Shown piece after piece: positions 12,001 to 24,970 of a DNA stretch of 64,000 bases (position 1 is its first letter; every line of letters starts with the position of its first letter). This DNA comes from Chrysomallon squamiferum. Its lineage: Eukaryota > Animalia > Mollusca. The position numbers and the translations under genes were made by a program. Under the pieces are notes generated by a model, which had not been told where the DNA came from, did no database searches, and saw nothing but the letters and a program-made list of their open reading frames with translations. Location: contig CM022674.1 of NCBI GenBank assembly GCA_012295275.1, forward strand, positions 9,424,001-9,488,000, given 5' to 3'.

Positions 12001-15000
12001 GTTTTAAGCGAGATTTAAAGGTTTGCGGTTAACGCCGTAGAAAGACCTGCTTAACTGCAGAACGCAATTCGGTGCCGTTTCTTACGTGCACACGCGATTC
12101 GTCCAAGTTGCATAGTACGAGAAGTTGAGAAGCTGGAGAGGAATTCATTTTGCCGCTCAGCGCGTACTAGTAGTTAAACACTACGCACACTCTTTGCTTT
12201 GATAACTCTCTCTAGTACCATTGTAATGACTTTACCGTTCTCTTACGATCTCAGAAAGACCACTCGGCCATGTCCCTTATGTCTGTATTACACTAAACAC
12301 ACACGCACAGAACCTCTCTTAAACGACGTTTAACAGTCAGCGCTTAACAGAGTGGAAACAACTGCTTCATAACAGAACGCATTCAGACGTGTCTCGTGTG
12401 TCTACGTACACTTGAAATTTACGCACTGGGTGTGGTTGCGAAGCCGGAGAAGAAATTAGTTTTCTTGCTACCTGCATACCCGTTTCCTTTCTCATAGACT
12501 GTGCTGCGTCTCTTACATGATCTGTATTGGCGTTTCCCCAGTAAGCACACACACACGCACCACATGTTTTAAGCGAGATTTAAAGGTTTGCGGTTAACGC
12601 CGTAGAAAGACCTGCTTAACTGCAGAACGCAATTCGGTGCCGTTTCTTACGTGCACACGCGATTCGTCCAAGTTGCATAGTACGAGAAGTTGAGAAGCTG
12701 GAGAGGAATTCATTTTGCCGCTCAGCGCGTACTAGTAGTTAAACACTACGCACACTCTTTGCTTTGATAACTCTCTCTAGTACCATTGTAATGACTTTAC
12801 CGTTCTCTTACGATCTCAGAAAGACCACTCGGCCATGTCCCTTATGTCTGTATTACACTAAACACACACGCACAGAACCTCTCTTAAACGACGTTTAACA
12901 GTCAGCTCTTAACAGAGTGGAAACAACTGCTTCATAACAGAACGCATTCAGACGTGTCTCGTGTGTCTACGTACACTTGAAATTTACGCACTGGGTGTGG
13001 TTGCGAAGCCGGAGAAGAAATTAGTTTTCTTGCTACCTGCATACCCGTTTCCTTTCTCATAGACTGTGCTACGTCTCTTATATGATCTGTATTGGCGTTT
13101 CCCCAGTAAGCACACACACACGCACCACATGTTTTAAGCGAGATTTAAAGGTTTGCGGTTAACGCCGTAGAAAGACCTGCTTAACTGCAGAACGCAATTC
13201 GGTGCCGTTTCTTACGTGCACACGCGATTCGTCAAGTTGCATAGTACGAGAAGTTGAGAAGCTGGAGAGGAATTCATTTTGCCGCTCAGCGCGTACTAGT
13301 AGTTAAACACTACGCACACTCTTTGCTTTGATAACTCTCTCTAGTACCATTGTAATGACTTTACCGTTCTCTTACGATCTCAGAAAGACCACTCGGCCAT
13401 GTCCCTTATGTCTGTATTACACTAAACACACACGCACAGAACCTCTCTTAAACGACGTTTAACAGTCAGCGCTTAACAGAGTGGAAACAACTGCTTCATA
13501 ACAGAACGCATTCAGACGTGTCTCGTGTGTCTACGTACACTTGAAATTTACGCACTGGGTGTGGTTGCGAAGCCGGAGAAGAAATTAGTTTTCTTGCTAC
13601 CTGCATACCCGTTTCCTTTCTCATAGACTGTGCTACGTCTCTTACATGATCTGTATTGGCGTTTCCCCAGTAAGCACACACACACGCACCACATGTTTTA
13701 AGCGAGATTTAAAGGTTTGCGGTTAACGCCGTAGAAAGACCTGCTTAACTGCAGAACGCAATTCGGTGCCGTTTCTTACGTGCACACACGATTCGTCCAA
13801 GTTGCATAGTACGAGAAGTTGAGAAGCTGGAGAGGAATTCATTTTGCCGCTCAGCGCGTACTAGTAGTTAAACACTACGCACACTCTTTGCTTTGATAAC
13901 TCTCTCTAGTACCATTGTAATGACTTTACCGTTCTCTTACGATCTCAGAAAGACCACTCGGCCATGTCCCTTATGTCTGTATTACACTAAACACACACGC
14001 ACAGAACCTCTCTTAAACGACGTTTAACAGTCAGCGCTTAACAGAGTGGAAACAACTGCTTCATAACAGAACGCATTCAGACGTGTCTCGTGTGTCTACG
14101 TACACTTGAAATTTACGCACTGGGTGTGGTTGCGAAGCCGGAGAAGAAATTAGTTTTCTTGCTACCTGCATACCCGTTTCCTTTCTCATAGACTGTGCTA
14201 CGTCTCTTATATGATCTGTATTGGCGTTTCCCCAGTAAGCACACACACACCACCACATTTTTAAGCGAGATTTAAAGGTTTGCGGTTAACGCCGTAGAAA
14301 GACCTGCTTAACTGCAGAACGCAATTCGGTGCCGTTTCTTACGTGCACACGCGATTCGTCCAAGTTGCATAGTACGAGAAGTTGAGAAGCTGGAGAGGAA
14401 TTCATTTTGCCGCTCAGCGCGTACTAGTAGTTAAACACTACGCACACTCTTTGCTTTGATAACTCTCTCTAGTACCATTGTAATGACTTTACCGTTCTCT
14501 TACGATCTCAGAAAGACCACTCGGCCATGTCCCTTATGTCTGTATTACACTAAACACACACGCACAGAACCTCTCTTAAACGACGTTTAACAGTCAGCGC
14601 TTAACAGAGTGGAAACAACTGCTTCATAACAGAACGCATTCAGACGTGTCTCGTGTGTCTACGTACACTTGAAATTTACGCACTGGGTGTGGTTGCGAAG
14701 CCGGAGAAGAAATTAGTTTTCTTGCTACCTGCATACCCGTTTCCTTTCTCATAGACTGTGCTACGTCTCTTATATGATCTGTATTGGCGTTTCCCCAGTA
14801 AGCACACACACACGCACCACATGTTTTAAGCGAGATTTAAAGGTTTGCGGTTAACGCCGTAGAAAGACCTGCTTAACTGCAGAACGCAATTCGGTGCCGT
14901 TTCTTACGTGCACACGCGATTCGTCCAAGTTGCATAGTACGAGAAGTTGAGAAGCTGGAGAAGGATTCATTTTGCCGCTCAGCGCGTACTAGTAGTTAAA

Positions 15001-18000
15001 CACTACGCACACTCTTTGCTTTGATAACTCTCTCTAGTACCATTGTAATGACTTTACCGTTCTCTTACGATCTCAGAAAGACCACTCGGCCATGTCCCTT
15101 ATGTCTGTATTACACTAAACACACACGCACAGAACCTCTCTTAAACGACGTTTAACAGTCAGCGCTTAACAGAGTGGAAACAACTGCTTCATAACAGAAC
15201 GCATTCAGACGTGTCTCGTGTGTCTACGTACACTTGAAATTTACGCACTGGGTGTGGTTGCGAAGCCGGAGAAGAAATTAGTTTTCTTGCTACCTGCATA
15301 CCCGTTTCCTTTCTCATAGACTGTGCTACGTCTCTTATATGATCTGTATTGGCGTTTCCCCAGTAAGCACACACACACGCACCACCATGTTTTAAGCGAG
15401 ATTTAAAGGTTTGCGGTTAACGCCGTAGAAAGACCTGCTTAACTGCAGAACGCAATTCGGTGCCGTTTCTTACGTGCACACGCGATTCGTCCAAGTTGCA
15501 TAGTACGAGAAGTTGAGAAGCTGGAGAAGAATTCATTTTGCCGCTCAGCGCGTACTAGTAGTTAAACACTACGCACACTCTTTGCTTTGATNNNNNNNNN
15601 NNNNNNNNNNNNNNNNNNNNNNNNNNNNNNNNNNNNNNNNNNNNNNNNNNNNNNNNNNNNNNNNNNNNNNNNNNNNNNNNNNNNNNNNNNNNNNNNNNNN
15701 NNNNNNNNNNNNNNNNNNNNNNNNNNNNNNNNNNNNNNNNNNNNNNNNNNNNNNNNNNNNNNNNNNNNNNNNNNNNNNNNNNNNNNNNNNNGTGGAAACA
15801 ACTGCTTCATAACAGAACGCATTCAGACGTGTCTCGTGTGTCTACGTACACTTGAAATTTACGCACTGGGTGTGGTTGCGAAGCCGGAGAAGAAATTAGT
15901 TTTCTTGCTACCTGCGTACCCGTTTCCTTTCTCATAGACTGTGCTACGTCTCTTATATGATCTGTATTGGCGTTTCCCCAGTAAGCACACACACACGCAC
16001 CACATGTGTTAAGCGAGATTTAAAGGTTTGCGGTTAACGCCGTAGAAAGACCTGCTTAACTGCAGAACGCAATTCGGTGCCGTTTCTTACGTGCACACGC
16101 GATTCGTCCAAGTTGCATAGTACGAGAAGTTGAGAAGCTGGAGAGGAATTCATTTTGCCGCTCAGCGCGTACTAGTAGTTAAACACTACGCACACTCTTT
16201 GCTTTGATAACTCTCTCTAGTACCATTGTAATGACTTTACCGTTCTCTTACGATCTCAGAAAGACCACTCGGCCATGTCCCTTATGTCTGTGTTACACTA
16301 AACACACACGCACAGAACCTCTCTTAAACGACGTTTAACAGTCAGCGCTTAACAGAGTGGAAACAACTGCTTCATAACAGAACGCATTCAGACGTGTCTC
16401 GTGTGTCTACGTACACTTGAAATTTACGCACTGGGTGTGGTTGCGAAGCCGGAGAAGAAATTAGTTTTCTTGCTACCTGCGTACCCGTTTCCTTTCTCAT
16501 AGACTGTGCTACGTCTCTTATATGATCTGTATTGGCGTTTCCCCAGTAAGCACACACACACGCACCACATGTGTTAAGCGAGATTTAAAGGTTTGCGGTT
16601 AACGCCGTAGAAAGACCTGCTTAACTGCAGAACGCAATTCGGTGCCGTTTCTTACGTGCACACGCGATTCGTCCAAGTTGCATAGTACGAGAAGTTGAGA
16701 AGCTGGAGAGGAATTCATTTTGCCGCTCAGCGCGTACTAGTAGTTAAACACTACGCACACTCTTTGCTTTGATAACTCTCTCTAGTACCATTGTAATGAC
16801 TTTACCGTTCTCTTACGATCTCAGAAAGACCACTCGGCCATGTCCCTTATGTCTGTGTTACACTAAACACACACGCACAGAACCTCTCTTAAACGACGTT
16901 TAACAGTCAGCGCTTAACAGAGTGGAAACAACTGCTTCATAACAGAACGCATTCAGACGTGTCTCGTGTGTCTACGTACACTTGAAATTTACGCACTGGG
17001 TGTGGTTGCGAAGCCGGAGAAGAAATTAGTTTTCTTGCTACCTGCGTACCCGTTTCCTTTCTCATAGACTGTGCTACGTCTCTTATATGATCTGTATTGG
17101 CGTTTCCCCAGTAAGCACACACACACGCACCACATGTGTTAAGCGAGATTTAAAGGTTTGCGGTTAACGCCGTAGAAAGACCTGCTTAACTGCAGAACGC
17201 AATTCGGTGCCGTTTCTTACGTGCACACGCGATTCGTCCAAGTTGCATAGTACGAGAAGTTGAGAAGCTGGAGAGGAATTCATTTTGCCGCTCAGCGCGT
17301 ACTAGTAGTTAAACACTACGCACACTCTTTGCTTTGATAACTCTCTCTAGTACCATTGTAATGACTTTACCGTTCTCTTACGATCTCAGAAAGACCACTC
17401 GGCCATGTCCCTTATGTCTGTGTTACACTAAAACACACACGCACAGAACCTCTCTTAAACGACGTTTAACAGTCAGCGCTTAACAGAGTGGAAACAACTG
17501 CTTCATAACAGAACGCATTCAGACGTGTCTCGTGTGTCTACGTACACTTGAAATTTACGCACTGGGTGTGGTTGCGAAGCCGGAGAAGAAATTAGTTTTC
17601 TTGCTACCTGCGTACCCGTTTCCTTTCTCATAGACTGTGCTACGTCTCTTATATGATCTGTATTGGCGTTTCCCCAGTAAGCACACACACACGCACCACA
17701 TGTGTTAAGCGAGATTTAAAGGTTTGCGGTTAACGCCGTAGAAAGACCTGCTTAACTGCAGAACGCAATTCGGTGCCGTTTCTTACGTGCACACGCGATT
17801 CGTCCAAGTTGCATAGTACGAGAAGTTGAGAAGCTGGAGAGGAATTCATTTTGCCGCTCAGCGCGTACTAGTAGTTAAACACTACGCACACTCTTTGCTT
17901 TGATAACTCTCTCTAGTACCATTGTAATGACTTTACCGTTCTCTTACGATCTCAGAAAGACCACTCGGCCATGTCCCTTATGTCTGTGTTACACTAAACA

Positions 18001-21000
18001 CACACGCACAGAACCTCTCTTAAACGACGTTTAACAGTCAGCGCTTAACAGAGTGGAAACAACTGCTTCATAACAGAACGCATTCAGACGTGTCTCGTGT
18101 GTCTACGTACACTTGAAATTTACGCACTGGGTGTGGTTGCGAAGCCGGAGAAGAAATTAGTTTTCTTGCTACCTGCATACCCGTTTCCTTTCTCATAGAC
18201 TGTGCTACGTCTCTTATATGATCTGTATTGGCGTTTCCCCAGTAAGCACACACACACGCACCACATGTGTTAAGCGAGATTTAAAGGTTTGCGGTTAACG
18301 CCGTAGAAAGACCTGCTTAACTGCAGAACGCAATTCGGTGCCGTTTCTTACGTGCACACGCGATTCGTCCAAGTTGCATAGTACGAGAAGTTGAGAAGCT
18401 GGAGAGGAATTCATTTTGCCGCTCAGCGCGTACTAGTAGTTAAACACTACGCACACTCTTTGCTTTGATAACTCTCTCTAGTACCATTGTAATGACTTTA
18501 CCGTTCTCTTACGATCTCAGAAAGACCACTCGGCCATGTCCCTTATGTCTGTGTTACACTAAACACACACGCACAGAACCTCTCTTAAACGACGTTTAAC
18601 AGTCAGCGCTTAACAGAGTGGAAACAACTGCTTCATAACAGAACGCATTCAGACGTGTCTCGTGTGTCTACGTACACTTGAAATTTACGCACTGGGTGTG
18701 GTTGCGAAGCCGGAGAAGAAATTAGTTTTCTTGCTACCTGCGTACCCGTTTCCTTTCTCATAGACTGTGCTACGTCTCTTATATGATCTGTATTGGCGTT
18801 TCCCCAGTAACACACACACACGCACCACATGTGTTAAGCGAGATTTAAAGGTTTGCGGTTAACGCCGTAGAAAGACCTGCTTAACTGCAGAACGCAATTC
18901 GGTGCCGTTTCTTACGTGCACACGCGATTCGTCCAAGTTGCATAGTACGAGAAGTTGAGAAGCTGGAGAGGAATTCATTTTGCCGCTCAGCGCGTACTAG
19001 TAGTTAAACACTACGCACACTCTTTGCTTTGATAACTCTCTCTAGTACCATTGTAATGACTTTACCGTTCTCTTACGATCTCAGAAAGACCACTCGGCCA
19101 TGTCCCTTATGTCTGTGTTACACTAAACACACACGCACAGAACCTCTCTTAAACGACGTTTAACAGTCAGCGCTTAACAGAGTGGAAACAACTGCTTCAT
19201 AACAGAACGCATTCAGACGTGTCTCGTGTGTCTACGTACACTTGAAATTTACGCACTGGGTGTGGTTGCGAAGCCGGAGAAGAAATTAGTTTTCTTGCTA
19301 CCTGCGTACCCGTTTCCTTTCTCATAGACTGTGCTACGTCTCTTATATGATCTGTATTGGCGTTTCCCCAGTAAGCACACACACACGCACCACATGTGTT
19401 AAGCGAGATTTAAAGGTTTGCGGTTAACGCCGTAGAAAGACCTGCTTAACTGCAGAACGCAATTCGGTGCCGTTTCTTACGTGCACACGCGATTCGTCCA
19501 AGTTGCATAGTACGAGAAGTTGAGAAGCTGGAGAGGAATTCATTTTGCCGCTCAGCGCGTACTAGTAGTTAAACACTACGCACACTCTTTGCTTTGATAA
19601 CTCTCTCTAGTACCATTGTAATGACTTTACCGTTCTCTTACGATCTCAGAAAGACCACTCGGCCATGTCCCTTATGTCTGTGTTACACTAAACACACACG
19701 CACAGAACCTCTCTTAAACGACGTTTAACAGTCAGCGCTTAACAGAGTGGAAACAACTGCTTCATAACAGAACGCATTCAGACGTGTCTCGTGTGTCTAC
19801 GTACACTTGAAATTTACGCACTGGGTGTGGTTGCGAAGCCGGAGAAGAAATTAGTTTTCTTGCTACCTGCGTACCCGTTTCCTTTCTCATAGACTGTGCT
19901 ACGTCTCTTATATGATCTGTATTGGCGTTTCCCCAGTAAGCACACACACACGCACCACATGTGTTAAGCGAGATTTAAAGGTTTGCGGTTAACGCCGTAG
20001 AAAGACCTGCTTAACTGCAGAACGCAATTCGGTGCCGTTTCTTACGTGCACACGCGATTCGTCCAAGTTGCATAGTACGAGAAGTTGAGAAGCTGGAGAG
20101 GAATTCATTTTGCCGCTCAGCGCGTACTAGTAGTTAAACACTACGCACACTCTTTGCTTTGATAACTCTCTCTAGTACCATTGTAATGACTTTACCGTTC
20201 TCTTACGATCTCAGAAAGACCACTCGGCCATGTCCCTTATGTCTGTGTTACACTAAACACACACGCACAGAACCTCTCTTAAACGACGTTTAACAGTCAG
20301 CGCTTAACAGAGTGGAAACAACTGCTTCATAACAGAACGCATTCAGACGTGTCTCGTGTGTCTACGTACACTTGAAATTTACGCACTGGGTGTGGTTGCG
20401 AAGCCGGAGAAGAAATTAGTTTTCTTGCTACCTGCATACCCGTTTCCTTTCTCATAGACTGTGCTACGTCTCTTATATGATCTGTATTGGCGTTTCCCCA
20501 GTAAGCACACACACACACGCACCACATGTGTTAAGCGAGATTTAAAGGTTTGCGGTTAACGCCGTAGAAAGACCTGCTTAACTGCAGAACGCAATTCGGT
20601 GCCGTTTCTTACGTGCACACGCGATTCGTCCAAGTTGCATAGTACGAGAAGTTGAGAAGCTGGAGAGGAATTCATTTTGCCGCTCAGCGCGTACTAGTAG
20701 TTAAACACTACGCACACTCTTTGCTTTGATAACTCTCTCTAGTACCATTGTAATGACTTTACCGTTCTCTTACGATCTCAGAAAGACCACTCGGCCATGT
20801 CCCTTATGTCTGTGTTACACTAAACACACACGCACAGAACCTCTCTTAAACGACGTTTAACAGTCAGCGCTTAACAGAGTGGAAACAACTGCTTCATAAC
20901 AGAACGCATTCAGACGTGTCTCGTGTGTCTACGTACACTTGAAATTTACGCACTGGGTGTGGTTGCGAAGCCGGAGAAGAAATTAGTTTTCTTGCTACCT

Positions 21001-21899
21001 GCATACCCGTTTCCTTTCTCATAGACTGTGCTACGTCTCTTATATGATCTGTATTGGCGTTTCCCCAGTAAGCACACACACACACGCACCACATGTGTTA
21101 AGCGAGATTTAAAGGTTTGCGGTTAACGCCGTAGAAAGACCTGCTTAACTGCAGAACGCAATTCGGTGCCGTTTCTTACGTGCACACGCGATTCGTCCAA
21201 GTTGCATAGTACGAGAAGTTGAGAAGCTGGAGAGGAATTCATTTTGCCGCTCAGCGCGTACTAGTAGTTAAACACTACGCACACTCTTTGCTTTGATAAC
21301 TCTCTCTAGTACCATTGTAATGACTTTACCGTTCTCTTACGATCTCAGAAAGACCACTCGGCCATGTCCCTTATGTCTGTGTTACACTAAACACACACGC
21401 ACAGAACCTCTCTTAAACGACGTTTAACAGTCAGCGCTTAACAGAGTGGAAACAACTGCTTCATAACAGAACGCATTCAGACGTGTCTCGTGTGTCTACG
21501 TACACTTGAAATTTACGCACTGGGTGTGGTTGCGAAGCCGGAGAAGAAATTAGTTTTCTTGCTACCTGCATACCCGTTTCCTTTCTCATAGACTGTGCTA
21601 CGTCTCTTATATGATCTGTATTGGCGTTTCCCCAGTAAGCACACACACACGCACCACATGTGTTAAGCGAGATTTAAAGGTTTGCGGTTAACGCCGTAGA
21701 AAGACCTGCTTAACTGCAGAACGCAATTCGGTGCCGTTTCTTACGTGCACACGCGATTCGTCCAAGTTGCATAGTACGAGAAGTTGAGAAGCTGGAGAGG
21801 AATTCATTTTGCCGCTCAGCGCGTACTAGTAGTTAAACACTACGCACACTCTTTGCTTTGATAACTCTCTCTAGTACCATTGTAATGACTTTACCGTTC
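1..21899. repeat. 565-bp tandem satellite array (~39 units visible, continues left of the window); each unit is a dimer of diverged monomers A (~320 bp) and B (~245 bp)
   Basis: GTTGCGAAGCCGGAGAAG recurs at 1, 566, 1131 and so on, with period 563-568. Units differ only by a few SNPs and small indels. Internal homology: TTAAGCGAGATTTAAAGGTTTGCGGTTAACGCCGTAGAAAGACCTGCTTAACTGCAGAACGCAATTC vs TTAAACGACGTTTAACAGTCAGCGCTTAACAGAGTGGAAACAACTGCTTCATAACAGAACGCATTC at 315-bp offset. Confidence 0.98.
15592..15791. other. Assembly gap (200 N) inside the satellite
   Basis: Run of exactly 200 N. The flanks are unit positions 334 and 483, so contiguity needs 148 + n x 565 bp. Confidence 0.99.
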
Positions 21900-22213
21900 C
21901 TTAATGTCTCTGAAATACCTCCGTGCTTTGGCTTTCTCTGACACTGTGCTATGTCCCTTATATCCGTATTGGACTTTGTTTAGACTGAACACACACTTCT
22001 TTTAAATGAGATTTTATGATTAGCGGGTAATACCGTTGAAAGAGCTGCTTGAGAACAGAACGCATTCTATGCTGTTTGTTATGTCTACATACATAGTACG
22101 AGAGTTTGCAAAGCTTGAGAAGAATTGATTTTTTTCTCTCACTTGGTACTAGTCATTAAACATCACGCACTGACTTTGTTTTCAGAACTTTCTTGTACCA
22201 TTCTGATAATATC
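21895..22213. repeat. Single diverged terminal satellite monomer (type C)
   Basis: Collinear homology to both A and B: ACTGTGCTATGTCCCTTAT, AACACACAC, CTGCTTGAGAACAGAACGCATTC, CATAGTACGAGA, GTACTAGTCATTAAACATCACGCAC, GTACCATT. Confidence 0.92.
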
Positions 22214-22215
22214 AT

Positions 22216-24455
22216 TGTGTGGAGTGTATGGTGTGTGGTGCGGATGGTGTATGGTTTGTGTGTGTGTGAGTTGTGTGTGGTGCGGATGGTGTATGGTGTG
22301 TGAGTTGTGTGTGTGGTGCGGATGGTGTATGGTTTGTGTGTGTGTGGTGCGGATGGTGTATGGTTTGTGTGTGTGTGGTGCGGATGGTGTATGGTTTTGT
22401 GTGGTGTGTGGTGCTGATGGTGTATGGTTTGTGTGTGTGGTGCGGATGGTGTATGGTTTGTGTGTGTGGTGCGATGGTGTATGGTTTGGTGTGTGTGAGT
22501 TGTGTGTGGTGCGGATGGTGTATGGTGTATGGTGTGTGAGTTGTGTGTGTGGTGCGGATGGTGTATGGTTTGTGTGTTTGTGTGGTGCGGATGGTGTATG
22601 GTTTGTGTGTGTGTGGTGCGGATGGTGTATGGTTTGTGTGTGTGTGATGGTGATGGTTTGTGTGTGTGGTGCGGATGGTGTATGGTTTGTGTGTGTGGTG
22701 CGATGGTCTATGGTTTGTGTGTGTGTGAGTTGTGTGTGGTGCGGATGGTGTATGGTGTATGGTGTAGTTGTGTGTATGGTGCGGATGGTGTATGGTTTGT
22801 GTGAGGTGTGTGTGTGAGTTGTGTGTGTGGTGCGGATGGTGTATGGTTTTTGTGTGTGTGGTGCGGATGGTGTATGGTTTGTGTGTGTGTGTGAGTTATG
22901 TGTGTGGTGCGGATGGTGTATGGTTTTGTGAGTTGTGTGTGATGGTGCGGATGGTGGATGGGTGTATGGTTTGTGCGGATGGTGTATGGTTTGTGTGAGT
23001 TGTGTGTGTGGTGCGGATGGTGTATGGTTTTTGTGTGAGTTGTGTGTGTGTGGTGCGGATGGTGTATGGTTTGTGTGTGTGTGGGAGCTGTGTGTGTGGA
23101 CGGATGGTGTATGGTTTGTGTGTGTGGTGCGGAGTTTGTGTGTGTGTGGTGCGGATGGTGTATGGTTTGTGTGTGTGTGCGAGTTGTGTGTATGGTGCGG
23201 ATGGTGTATGGTTTGTGTGTGTGTGTGAGTTGTGTGTGTGGTGCGATGGTCTATGGTTTTGTGTGTGTGTGAGTTGTGTGTGTGGTGCGGATGGTGTATG
23301 GTTTGTGTGTGAGTTGTGTGTGTATGGTGCGGATGGTGTATGGGTTTGTGTGTGTGTGAGTTGTGTGTGTGGTGCGGATGGTGTATGGTTTGTGTGTGTG
23401 TGTTGTGTGTGTGGTGCGGATGGTGTATGGTTTGTGTGTGTGTGTGAGTTGTGTGTGTGGTGCGGATGGTGTATGGTTTTGTGTGAGTTGTGTGTGTGGT
23501 GCGGATGGTGTATGGTTTGTGTGTGTGTGTGAGCTGTGTGGTACGGATGGTGTATGGTTTTGTGTGTGTGTGGTGCGGATGGTGTATGGTTTGTGTGTGT
23601 GTGTGTGTTGTGTGTGGTGCGGATGGTGTATGGTTTTGTGTGTGTGTGAGTTGTGTGTGGGGCGGATGGTGTATGGCGTGTGAGTTGTGTGTGTGGTGCG
23701 GATGGTGTATGGTTTGTGTGTGTGTGGTGCGGATGGTGTATGGTTTGTGTGTGTGTGAGTTGTGTGTGTGGTGCGGATGGTGTATGGTTTGTGTGTGTGT
23801 GTGAGTTGTGTGTGGTGCGGATGGTGTATGGTTTGTGTGTGTGGTGCGATGGTGTATGGTTTGTGTGTGTGTGTGTGGTGCGGATGGTGTATGGTTTGTG
23901 TGTGTGTGTGAGTTGTGTGTGTGGTGCAGATGGTGTATGGTTTATGTGATTTGTGAGCTGTGTGTGTGGAGTGTCTGATGTGTGGTGCGGATGGTGTATG
24001 GTTTGTGTGTGTGTGTGAGTTGTGTGTGTGCAGTGTGAGGAGTCTATGGTTTGTGTTTGGTGCGTGTGGATTGTATGGTGTGTGGAGTGTGTGGTGCGTA
24101 TGGTGTATGTGGTGTGTGTTGTGTTTGAGGAATGTATGTAGTGTGGTGCATGTGGAATGTATTTGGTGCCTGTGGAGTGTATGCTGTGTGGTGTATATGG
24201 TGTGTGTGGTGTGTAAGGAGTGTATGTGGTGCTTATGGTCTGTATGATGTGTGTGGAGTTTATGGTGTCTGAAGTGTGTGAGGAGTTTGTGGTGTGTGAT
24301 GTTTATAATTTGTGTGGTGCATATGGTGTGTGTGGAGTGTATGGTGTGTTTGTTGTGTGTTCTGTGTGGAGTATGGTGTGTGGTGTGTGGTGTGTGTAGT
24401 ATGTTGTGTGTTTGTAGTGTGTGGTATGTGGTGCATGTCGGTGTGTATGGTCTCC
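22216..24455 (+). repeat. G/T-rich compound minisatellite: core GGTGCGGATGGTGTATGG(TTT) separated by variable (GT)n and GAGTT(GT)n; degenerates after ~24030
   Basis: Directly visible: dozens of core copies from 22237 to ~24000, with the top strand strongly depleted of C and A. Confidence 0.95.
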
Positions 24456-24970
24456 ACATGACAGAAGAACACAAAAAACCTCATATTCATAACAGAAACC
24501 ACATCATACATAAGATTAATGTACATCACATAAACACAAGTCACCCATTAAATTCAACAACATACAGCTTACAACACAGACATACATATCACACACACAC
24601 ACACCCATACAACACACACATACAAAATACAACACATACACACATAACTACTACAACACACACACAGAAATACACATACACAAATACTACAACACACACA
24701 AATGCAAGATATTACACATACAGATACAACATACAAACACAACACACAAATACAACATACAACACACACATAAGACAGCGATAACACATGTGCACACACA
24801 CACACACACATGCACACATACATGCATACACATATGCAACTGTATAAGACAAGGAAGGATTGGAAATGTGCACCACAGCATACATACCACATCATACACA
24901 TCATGGAGAACACTTCACAATAACAAATAAAATGCAAAACACTCATACATCATGTAATACACCACAACAG
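24456..24970 (-). repeat. Degenerate CA-rich low-complexity tract (opposite polarity to the preceding TG tract)
   Basis: CACACA/CATACA/AACACA-rich sequence starting immediately after GGTCTCC. Confidence 0.85.

Noticed and set aside
15562-15937. ORFs spanning the N run
   Set aside because: Artefacts of translating the gap.
498-21646. Tandem array of a 61-aa minus-strand ORF (MCAYWGN...)
   Set aside because: It starts at GTG inside a variable CA tract, has no recognisable domain, spans the B/A deletion junction and is not preserved in monomer C. It is a by-product of the satellite.
22216-24030. CRISPR array or telomeric repeat
   Set aside because: The spacers are simple GT runs, not unique sequences; there are no cas genes and the context is eukaryotic; no TTAGGG/TTAGG.
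22125-24946. Long Cys/Val- or His/Thr-rich ORFs (up to 407 aa)
   Set aside because: Open in many overlapping frames because GT/CA repeats lack stop codons.
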